The translations under genes and the position numbers were made by a program. A stretch of 64,000 nt of DNA from Sedimentisphaerales bacterium (GTDB lineage: Bacteria; Planctomycetota; Phycisphaerae; Sedimentisphaerales; Anaerobacaceae). Where the stretch lies: assembly GCA_030611315.1 (NCBI GenBank), contig JAUWPZ010000001.1, forward strand, positions 8,640 through 72,639, in the 5' to 3' direction. The notes under the pieces were generated by a model, which was not told the DNA's origin, ran no database searches, and was given only the letters and a program-made list of their open reading frames with translations. Below are positions 6,427 to 13,933 of the stretch, piece after piece. Positions within the stretch are counted from its first letter, which is position 1. Every line of letters starts with the position of its first letter.

Positions 6427-8427
6427 TTGGGACAAACACTCGTCTATAAGATACTTGCCGAACACACGGTTGACGGCAAAATAGCCGCCGGCGAGCAGAT
6501 TGGCATCAGAATCGACCAGACGCTCACGCAGGATGCCACCGGTACAACCGCGTTTTTGCTGTTCGAATCGATGGGGGGGGGCAGGGTCAAGACCGATTTG
6601 TCGGTCAGCTACGTGGACCACAATATGGCCGGGTTCGGGCCGGAGAACCACAACGACCATTTGTACCTTCAAACAATCGCCGCCAAATCCGGAGTTTATC
6701 ACTCGCGGGCGGGCAACGGTATCTGTCACCAGGTCCACTTAGAGCGGTTCGGCAGGCCCGGGGCCACACTATTAGGCAGCGACTCGCATACCCCGACCGG
6801 CGGCGGAATCGGTATGCTGGCGATTGGGGCCGGCGGACTGGATGTGGCAGCAGCCATGGCAGGCGGACCTTTCTACCTGAGCTGTCCGAAGGTCCTCGGA
6901 GTAAAACTTACCGGCCGATTGAACGACTGGGTGGCGGCCAAAGATGTTATCCTGACATTGCTCGGCCAGCTCTCGACAAAAGGCAACGTGGGATGGGTGG
7001 TCGAATACTTCGGCGAAGGTATCGAAACTCTGTCCGTGCCCCAGCGGGCGACAATAACGAATATGGGAGCGGAATTGGGCGTAACAACAAGCATCTTCGC
7101 CAGCGACGAACAAACCAGAAAATTCCTCGCCGCCCAGAAACGAGTTCAGGACTATCAGCCCCTGGCAGCCGATGCGGATGCCGAATACGACCGCCTCATC
7201 GAGATAAACCTGGCCGAGCTTGAGCCGATGGCGGCCTGTCCATCTTCGCCGGACAACGTCAAAACCGTCAGCGAAATTGCCGGAACCGGAACAGGGCAGG
7301 TCGTAATAGGAAGCTGCACCAATTCGAGCTTTGCCGACCTGATGATGGCGGCAAGGACATTAAAGGGCAGAAGTATAAACAATATGGTCGAATTTGCGGT
7401 CGCTCCCGGCAGCAGAGAGGTCCTGAATATGTTGGCGGAAAACGGGGCCTTGGCGGATATGATTTCAGCCGGCGCCAGAATCCTCGAATCGGGCTGCGGG
7501 CCTTGTATCGGCCAGGGCTTTTCGCCGGCGGATGAGGTAGTAAGCCTTCGCACGTTTAACAGGAATTTTCCCGGACGAAGCGGCACAACCGGCGATAAGG
7601 TTTATCTGGTCAGTCCGGAGACGGCGGTCGCTTCGGCCCTGACCGGCAAAATTACCGACCCGCGCGATTTGCCGGAATTGTTTGGTGCCGAATACCCAGG
7701 AATTGGGCTGCCGGACGAATTCGCCGTCGATGACAGTATGATAGAGAAGCCTTTAAGCGAGAAAGAAGCGGCAAAAGCAAGGGTTCTGCGCGGGCCCACA
7801 ATTGTCGTGCCTCAGACGCCGCCGCCATTGCCTGAGAAACTGGCGGCCAAGGTGCTGGTCAAATGCGGCGACAAGATAACCACCGACCATATTATGCCGG
7901 CGGGCACTTTCCTGAAACTGCGCTCAAACGTGCCCGAATACGCAAAAGTGGTCTTCAATTGTTTCAATGAAAAGGGGCGCCCGACGTTTGCCGAGCGGGC
8001 CCTCGAATTAAAACAAAAAGCCATAGCCGGCATCATCGTAGCAGGTGAAAGCTACGGCCAGGGCTCCTCAAGAGAGCACGCCGCACTTTGCCCGATGTAC
8101 CTGGGTATTCGGGCGGTGATTGCGAAAAGCATCGAGAGAATCCACAAAGCCAACTTGATTAACTTCTGCATTGTGCCGCTGACATTCGCCGAGGCGGCCG
8201 ACTACGACAAAATCGAACCAGACGACGAACTTTTAATCGACGACGTGCCCGAAGCGATAAAGAGCAGTAACGAGGTAACAATCGTCCGGCGGGACGGCTC
8301 GTTCGAATTTACGGGCAAGCTGGAGCTTTCCGACAGGGACAGGGAAATTTTACTCTCAGCCGGCCTTTTGAATTATACGCGAACAAAGGGGCAAAGGGAC
8401 AAAGGGGCAAAGGGGCAAAGGGATTGA
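6427..8427 (+). CDS. Aconitate hydratase (~666 aa) with a repeat-encoded C-terminal tail
   Basis: Aconitase motifs are present (GSDSHT, IGSCTNSS, CGPCIGQG, swivel-domain GSSREHAA). The likely start is TTG 6427, 7 nt after AAGGAG. The last ~13 aa (KGQRDKGAKGQRD) are encoded by octamer repeats. Confidence 0.85.
   Translation: MGQTLVYKILAEHTVDGKIAAGEQIGIRIDQTLTQDATGTTAFLLFESMGGGRVKTDLSVSYVDHNMAGFGPENHNDHLYLQTIAAKSGVYHSRAGNGICHQVHLERFGRPGATLLGSDSHTPTGGGIGMLAIGAGGLDVAAAMAGGPFYLSCPKVLGVKLTGRLNDWVAAKDVILTLLGQLSTKGNVGWVVEYFGEGIETLSVPQRATITNMGAELGVTTSIFASDEQTRKFLAAQKRVQDYQPLAADADAEYDRLIEINLAELEPMAACPSSPDNVKTVSEIAGTGTGQVVIGSCTNSSFADLMMAARTLKGRSINNMVEFAVAPGSREVLNMLAENGALADMISAGARILESGCGPCIGQGFSPADEVVSLRTFNRNFPGRSGTTGDKVYLVSPETAVASALTGKITDPRDLPELFGAEYPGIGLPDEFAVDDSMIEKPLSEKEAAKARVLRGPTIVVPQTPPPLPEKLAAKVLVKCGDKITTDHIMPAGTFLKLRSNVPEYAKVVFNCFNEKGRPTFAERALELKQKAIAGIIVAGESYGQGSSREHAALCPMYLGIRAVIAKSIERIHKANLINFCIVPLTFAEAADYDKIEPDDELLIDDVPEAIKSSNEVTIVRRDGSFEFTGKLELSDRDREILLSAGLLNYTRTKGQRDKGAKGQRD
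8384..8423 (+). repeat. Five tandem octamers CAAAGGGR
   Basis: The sequence CAAAGGGG CAAAGGGA CAAAGGGG CAAAGGGG CAAAGGGA forms the aconitase 3' end and abuts the four-helix-bundle gene start. Confidence 0.9.
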
Positions 8428-8798
8428 CGATAAAAACATACAAAAATCTGCTTGTTTGGCAGAAATCAATGAATTTGGTTACAGAAATATACAAGCTGTC
8501 AAAATCGTTTCCTGCAGATGAGATGTATGGATTGACCTGCCAAATCAGACGAAGCGCCATCTCCATTCCAAGCAATATAGCAGAAGGTTCCGGCAGGAAA
8601 TCAACTGCCGACTATATCCGCTTTCTATATATCGCGACTGGTTCACTCTATGAATTACAAACTCAAATAGAAATTGCTTTGAAGCTGGGGTATTTGAAGA
8701 AAACCGACTTTGATAAATTGTACGAATCGAGTAGAGAAATTGAGCGAATGCTCAGCAGCTTGACGAGAAAACTAAATGATGCTGCGCGGGCAGAGTAA
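8424..8798 (+). CDS. Four-helix-bundle protein (23S rRNA intervening-sequence protein / Avd-like family)
   Basis: The N-terminal YKNLLVWQKSMNL, the IPSNIAEGSGRKS motif and the ~124-aa size fit the TIGR02436/PF05635 family as I recall it. The TTG start overlaps the aconitase TGA (GATTGACG). Confidence 0.8.
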   Translation: MTIKTYKNLLVWQKSMNLVTEIYKLSKSFPADEMYGLTCQIRRSAISIPSNIAEGSGRKSTADYIRFLYIATGSLYELQTQIEIALKLGYLKKTDFDKLYESSREIERMLSSLTRKLNDAARAE

Positions 8799-8834
8799 CT
8801 CTGTGCCTCTGCTACTTTGCACCGGCCAAAAATA

Positions 8835-9356
8835 ATGAGTGAGAAAACAATAACCATCTTCGGGGCCGGCAAGGCCGGGGCGGGCGATTCGGCTTTCAAG
8901 CTGGCAGAGAAAGTGGGCGAACTGTTGGCAAAGGCCGGCTTTACCATTGTCAACGGCGGATACGGCGGGACGATGTTGGCCGCAGCAAAAGGAGCGGCCC
9001 AGGCCGGCGGTACAATTATCGGCGTTACGTGCTCAGCCTTCAAGGGCGCAGCGAACGAATATATCAGCCGCCAAATTACCACGGAGTCGCTCGATGAACG
9101 GCTCGATACACTGTTAGAACTGGGCCGGGGATACGTCGTGCTGCCCGGCGGAACGGGAACACTGCTGGAGCTGGCAAAGGTCTGGGAATTAAAAAACAAA
9201 GGCTTTCTCGAAGCGGATAAACCGATTATACTTGTAGGCGGATTCTGGAGGCCGCTGGTCGAACTTCTCGCAAGCGAGGACCCGGACAGCAGCCGATACG
9301 TCAAGTTCGCAGAAGGGCCCGAGCAAGTTGCCGACCTGATTAGCGAACCTTTATAA
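8835..9356 (+). CDS. LOG family (TIGR00730) nucleotide phosphoribohydrolase-like protein
   Basis: It has GGYGGTM and [15 protein letters not shown] (the PGGxGTxxE motif). The ATG is at 8835. Confidence 0.75.
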   Translation: MSEKTITIFGAGKAGAGDSAFKLAEKVGELLAKAGFTIVNGGYGGTMLAAAKGAAQAGGTIIGVTCSAFKGAANEYISRQITTESLDERLDTLLELGRGYVVLPGGTGTLLELAKVWELKNKGFLEADKPIILVGGFWRPLVELLASEDPDSSRYVKFAEGPEQVADLISEPL

Positions 9357-9378
9357 CCTGGCACGTAAAACTTTTGAC

Positions 9379-10491
9379 ATGACTATAAAACCGGCGATTT
9401 TGAATGTGGCGCTCCTGATAAGCGTTTTTTCGATGACAACATCGGGGTTCGCAGCGGACAAGGCCCGCCAAGCCCTGCTGCGGGACGGTTTTGCCCTGAG
9501 GGGCGTCAACGGTCAGGTCAAAAACGCCGAGGGCGGCGAGAAATGGCTGTTTGAACTCGACTCGGACCTGAGCGATGAAGAAAACGTCGTCAAGGCCGGG
9601 ACGAGTCTTCGACTGCTGCCGTCAACAACCCTGGAAAATATTACCGCCGACCTCAAAGAGCGCTCGGCCAACAATTATATGCTCTGGGGCATAGTTACAA
9701 AGTACAAAGGCAAAAACTTCATATTCCCCCTCTATTTCCTGGCGACCATCAAAGCAATCGAGCCGGAAAAACCGGTTAAAGTCCGGCCCAAACAGCAACC
9801 ACAGGAGCAGAAGGCCCCTGAGCAGCCACAGGAATCACAAGATAAATCGAGCGAGCCGAATAATGCCCCACCGGCGCAACAGAGCCAATCAAAACCTGAT
9901 GTCAGTGATGCGAACGGCATCTTGGAGATGCCGAAAGAGATACTCGAAATGCTCGATACCGGGAAAGTTGAACGCCCTGCGAAGTTAAGGCCGGCCCCGA
10001 AACCCAAAAAGCCTACTGTGCCCGATTCGAAACCGGTCGAAGAATCCAAAACCAAGCCTGAGCCTGAGCCTAAGCCTAAGCCTGAGCCTAAGCGCGAGCC
10101 TAAGCCTGAGCCTGAGCCTGAGCCTAAGCGCGAGCCCGAGCCAGAACCTGAGCCTAAGCGCGAGCCCGAGCCAGAACCTGAGCCTGCTAAAGGAGCGAAA
10201 CTAAAGCTGGACCCGATACTGGCCGACAGGACCGCCTTTCTGGTCAAACAGAAAAACGGCCGGTTTGTATTCGCGCTGGACGCCCTTGGGCGAAACGTGC
10301 AGGAGATTTCTCTGCGGCTGCTGCCGTGCGAGGCACTGGAGCTGACCGAGCTGAGACAATCCGCCGCGACCGAGCCTTTGCTATTCAAAATAGCAGGAAT
10401 CAGGACTAAATATAAAGGTAAACATTATCTGCTGCTGCAGAAGGCAACGCGAGTATATAGCCATGGCAACTTCAGGGCGCCAATTTTGTAA
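9379..10491 (+). CDS. Secreted protein with two homologous ~90-aa end domains and a Pro/Glu/Lys-rich linker
   Basis: A signal peptide ends ...[10 protein letters not shown]- and C-terminal segments share SLRLLP...LE...TKYKGK. The central linker is a PEPK low-complexity region. Confidence 0.7.
   Translation: MTIKPAILNVALLISVFSMTTSGFAADKARQALLRDGFALRGVNGQVKNAEGGEKWLFELDSDLSDEENVVKAGTSLRLLPSTTLENITADLKERSANNYMLWGIVTKYKGKNFIFPLYFLATIKAIEPEKPVKVRPKQQPQEQKAPEQPQESQDKSSEPNNAPPAQQSQSKPDVSDANGILEMPKEILEMLDTGKVERPAKLRPAPKPKKPTVPDSKPVEESKTKPEPEPKPKPEPKREPKPEPEPEPKREPEPEPEPKREPEPEPEPAKGAKLKLDPILADRTAFLVKQKNGRFVFALDALGRNVQEISLRLLPCEALELTELRQSAATEPLLFKIAGIRTKYKGKHYLLLQKATRVYSHGNFRAPIL
10053..10185 (+). 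repeat. In-frame hexanucleotide (CCTGAG/CCTAAG) and ~36-nt tandem repeats
   Basis: These repeats encode [42 protein letters not shown] within the 9379-10491 CDS. Confidence 0.85.
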
Positions 10492-10507
10492 TCAACAGCG
10501 GAATCTT

Positions 10508-10557
10508 CGATTGACGATTGACGATTTCAAGTCGAAAATCTTGAATCGCAAATACGA
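10508..10557 (+). repeat. AATCG-word repeat block (CGATTGA x2.5 plus GTCGAAAATC / AATCGCAAAT)
   Basis: CGATTGACGATTGACGATTTCAAGTCGAAAATCTTGAATCGCAAATACGAAT lies immediately upstream of the hisD RBS. It uses the same vocabulary as the alaS insertion. Confidence 0.7.
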
Positions 10558-10572
10558 ATAAAGGAGCCAACA

Positions 10573-11907
10573 GTGCCCCACGAACTCGACAGAATTCTTA
10601 TCCCCGAATCCCAGTCGGGCTTTGATAAACAATTCAAGGACATCCGTCGGATACTTCTCCACAAAGCAATGTTTGGCGGTTTTGATAAAGAGAGTGAGAA
10701 CAATCGTGATAAGGTCCTCGAGATTATTCGAGATGTTGACGAACAAAGGTATAAAGCTGTAAGAAAATATACAAAAGAATACGATGGGGTTGACATATCG
10801 CGCAAGGAATTCCGTGTGAGCAAAGAAGCTTTGGAGAAAGCTCACAAAGAAATAGACAAAGACCTTTTAGTATCGATTCGAAAAGCGATTAAGAACATAC
10901 GGGAATACCAAACCAAGATTTTTATCGGGAAAAAATCGGACCTGTCGGGAGAAACCGGCATCAGATATACCCCTATCAGAAGAGTTGGTATATGCGTCCC
11001 GGGCGCTTCGGCTCCGCTGCCTTCCACCGTAATAATGACAGCGGTACCTGCTCAAGTGGCAGGCGTGAAGGAAATTGTCGTGATTTCTCCGCCGAGATAT
11101 AACAAGGACATTCATCCGGTAACTTTGGCAGCCTGTTACGAACTGAAAATCGATAAGGTCTATCGGGCAGGCGGTGTGCAGGGAGTAGCAGCTTTGGTTA
11201 CTATCGCCAAGGTAAATAAAATTGTCGGGCCAGGAAATCAATGGGTACAGACGGCCAAGCTGATGGTTTTTGGATATGTCGGCATTGATTCAGTGGCCGG
11301 GCCAAGCGAAGTATTGATAATCGCGAACGATAAGGCCAACCCGGCATGGGTGGCGGCTGATATGCTCAGCCAGGCAGAGCACGCACCGGGCAGTGCGATT
11401 GTTTTTACAGATTCAAACGAAGTCGGCAAGAAAATCCTGGATGAGCTTAAAAAGCAAGCAGGACAATTAAGCAGGGCAAAAGAAACAATTGAATGCCTGA
11501 AAAAATATAGCGCTATCATTGTGTTTGATTCTTTTGAACATATAATTTCATGGGCAAACAATCTTGCGCCGGAACATTTAGAGATTCAATGCGGAGACAA
11601 AAGCAGAGAAATCGCCGACAAAATCAAGAACGCCGGTGCTATATTTATCGGTGATTACAGCCCGGTTGCAGTTGGCGACTATTGGGCCGGGCCAAGTCAT
11701 ACTTTGCCAACGGGAGGAGGGGCGAAATTCTCCAGCGCGCTTACCAGCAATGACTTTATCAAGTCCATAAGCATAATCGAGTACGATAAGGAGAAGCTGG
11801 CCCAAAGCGCCGAGGATATTATTCGGTTGGCGGAAGCTGAAGGTCTCGACGCCCACGCGAAAAGCGTGAAGATAAGACAGCAGAACCAGGCCCGCTCAAA
11901 AAGCTAA
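10573..11907 (+). CDS. hisD: Histidinol dehydrogenase
   Basis: The 444-aa protein has SQAEHAPGS and GDYWAGPSHTLPT motifs. It starts at a GTG after AAGGAG. Confidence 0.9.
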   Translation: MPHELDRILIPESQSGFDKQFKDIRRILLHKAMFGGFDKESENNRDKVLEIIRDVDEQRYKAVRKYTKEYDGVDISRKEFRVSKEALEKAHKEIDKDLLVSIRKAIKNIREYQTKIFIGKKSDLSGETGIRYTPIRRVGICVPGASAPLPSTVIMTAVPAQVAGVKEIVVISPPRYNKDIHPVTLAACYELKIDKVYRAGGVQGVAALVTIAKVNKIVGPGNQWVQTAKLMVFGYVGIDSVAGPSEVLIIANDKANPAWVAADMLSQAEHAPGSAIVFTDSNEVGKKILDELKKQAGQLSRAKETIECLKKYSAIIVFDSFEHIISWANNLAPEHLEIQCGDKSREIADKIKNAGAIFIGDYSPVAVGDYWAGPSHTLPTGGGAKFSSALTSNDFIKSISIIEYDKEKLAQSAEDIIRLAEAEGLDAHAKSVKIRQQNQARSKS

Positions 11908-11921
11908 CTCTCTGCGGCATC

Positions 11922-12039
11922 TATACCCTTCAGGGTAGTAAATTCCCGCGAGTAAGATTGTAACTTATTGTTCTAAAGCCACTACCTGTGGCACAAGTGA
12001 CCCGCGAACAAACGGGAAATCTCAACTGAGAGCACTATA
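11922..12039 (+). repeat. Intergenic repeat family, copy B (118 nt)
   Basis: TACCCTTCAGGGTAGTAAATTCCCGCGA...GATTGTAACTTATTGTTCTAAAG...GGCACAAGT...GAAATCTCAACTGAGAGCACTAT, located 15 nt after the hisD stop. Confidence 0.8.
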
Positions 12040-12045
12040 TCTCAT

Positions 12046-12621
12046 CTAAGGCACAGTCATAGACATAGAAAGCTTGACCAGGCGGTCTTCCTTGAGGGTA
12101 AAAAAGCATCGCCGCTTATTATAGTGCAGGATTGTCATCGAGCCTGCATCAGTAACGCGGTCCGGCCGGCCGTAAGCAGAGGCGATTTGTTCGGCGCCGG
12201 CCCCCATCGCGATACCTTTTTTCGTCGAACCGGCAAAATCGCTGACCTCGGTTCCCGGGGGCAATCCCCCCTTGGCCCAGCAGTCCATGCCCCTGACGCC
12301 CCGGGAAGAATCGACCAAAAAGCTCAGGCCTTTCGAGGCAATATAGTTCAGGCTTATCCCGCCGCCGTCGATTCTGTCGGGCTCTCCGAAGTGCTTTATG
12401 ACCTCTTCTTTTGACATGCCGAACCTGACCGGCCCAATGCCGAGGCCCAATTCAACCACCAACAAATCGCTCCGACCGCCGGCGCCGGTCGGCTGGGATT
12501 GCCGCGGCCCGCGTGCCTCAGGCGGCTCCGGTTCTTTCTTACGACAGCCACACACAGTAACAGCCAAAGCCAGAAGACACAAAACTATGACGGCCCTTTG
12601 TCGATACTTAATGTGGAACAT
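12046..12621 (-). CDS. Putative lipoprotein, unknown function
   Basis: It has a signal peptide with a lipobox-like LAVTVCGC. I recognised no family. Confidence 0.55.
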   Translation of the reverse strand: MFHIKYRQRAVIVLCLLALAVTVCGCRKKEPEPPEARGPRQSQPTGAGGRSDLLVVELGLGIGPVRFGMSKEEVIKHFGEPDRIDGGGISLNYIASKGLSFLVDSSRGVRGMDCWAKGGLPPGTEVSDFAGSTKKGIAMGAGAEQIASAYGRPDRVTDAGSMTILHYNKRRCFFTLKEDRLVKLSMSMTVP

Positions 12622-12729
12622 AACAACCTCCGTTAATTCGGTAATTTTTCAAAACAACTATACCGCTTTATCAGCTGCCGTCAAGGATTCACTTCGTCAC
12701 CCGCTCACAGATGGAAATAGCTCCACCAA

Positions 12730-13749
12730 CTAAACTTCCCAATTGAGTTTTTTCTCATACCGCCAGTAAAACCTGCCCAGAATATGTGCAGTGACGACCA
12801 GCAGGTAGATAGGAAGCAGTCCCAGGAGGTATCCTAAAAGCGGCGTGAAGGCGAATAGCACGCCCGCGACATTGAAAATGAAGACAATTACATAGAGTAG
12901 TATTACCAGGCCGCAATAGGGAAGAAACGTACTGAATATCGAGCCTATCAACAAAATGGGATTAAGCCCGGAGAGGGAATCAAACATTATGACGGCCAGC
13001 AGGCCCATCGGAAAGAAAAACAGAGAGCAGCCAAACAGAGACCAGAAAACAGGGTCTGTCTCGCGACCGCCATAGAAGTAGTAAATGCCTGTGGGCGCGA
13101 GAAAAAGAATATAGCAGCCGCCAATTTGCAGCGCTTGCGAGAACATTTCGCCGAGCCCCGGCGTATCACCGATGGTCTCAGCGGCGCGAATTCCGCCTAA
13201 GGCGCTGTCCTGAATACATCGGGCAAGGTACCAGAAGTAATACAACCCGATGACAATATTTATGAAAAAGCCTGGAATCAATACAAAAAAGCCAAATGGT
13301 CCGAGAAGGCCCGCCATCAGATTAATGAGCAGGGGCACCATTACAATGATAGCAAGCGTTGTCAGGCCGGGCTTGTTTATGGGGTATAGGAATATGTCAA
13401 TGACCCACGGGAGACGACGCTGCGGCGCCGGTTCGGGCCCGGGCGCCCGGTATCCGAGTATAAGCGGCTGCTCTTGCTTATGGTCCAAATCGGAGCTGTC
13501 CAATTCACTTTGTGGTTCGCCGGGCGGTTGCTCAACCGTTGGAGATACATCAAGAAAGTTCAAACCGAGAAGCGGCTTTGCGGCAGTTGTTTCCGGACAG
13601 CCGGAAGTACCGGCGGCAGGTGGGCCCGGGGCAGTCGGGTTTGGAACAATAAGCGAGGCTTTGCATTTCGGGCATCGCCCTTTTTTGCCCGCACGTTCTA
13701 CCGGCAATTTGAATTTCTGGCCGCAATTTGTACAACTGAACCTGAGCAT
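12730..13749 (-). CDS. Zinc-ribbon N-terminus plus multi-pass membrane protein
   Basis: The N-terminus carries CTNCGQKF...CPKCK. A Pro-rich linker follows, then about 6 hydrophobic helices. Confidence 0.6.
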   Translation of the reverse strand: MLRFSCTNCGQKFKLPVERAGKKGRCPKCKASLIVPNPTAPGPPAAGTSGCPETTAAKPLLGLNFLDVSPTVEQPPGEPQSELDSSDLDHKQEQPLILGYRAPGPEPAPQRRLPWVIDIFLYPINKPGLTTLAIIVMVPLLINLMAGLLGPFGFFVLIPGFFINIVIGLYYFWYLARCIQDSALGGIRAAETIGDTPGLGEMFSQALQIGGCYILFLAPTGIYYFYGGRETDPVFWSLFGCSLFFFPMGLLAVIMFDSLSGLNPILLIGSIFSTFLPYCGLVILLYVIVFIFNVAGVLFAFTPLLGYLLGLLPIYLLVVTAHILGRFYWRYEKKLNWEV

Positions 13750-13933
13750 AAGCCCTTACCCATCCGCGATTTAAGCATTTTTCAGACGAATTCCCGGCGA
13801 AAGACCTTAATCCTGTTCAAAAGATGCTATTCAATGCCGTCTCATTAAATAAGACTTGTTGTGAGGTGTTTTTCTTCAAACAAAACCGTTAAATGACGCG
13901 ATTTATTCTGACCGGTCATCGCAATGATGCTAA

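Noticed and set aside
8424-8798. Avd-like four-helix-bundle gene as part of a diversity-generating retroelement
   Set aside because: There is no reverse transcriptase ORF within many kb on either side. I also see no template/variable repeat pair with adenine-specific differences.
10053-10185. Tandem repeats as a possible CRISPR array (also 8384-8423, 14598-14625 and 31150-31400)
   Set aside because: The periods are 6-8 nt or ~36/69 nt with no unique spacers. Most are translated in frame as low-complexity protein, and there are no cas genes in the window.
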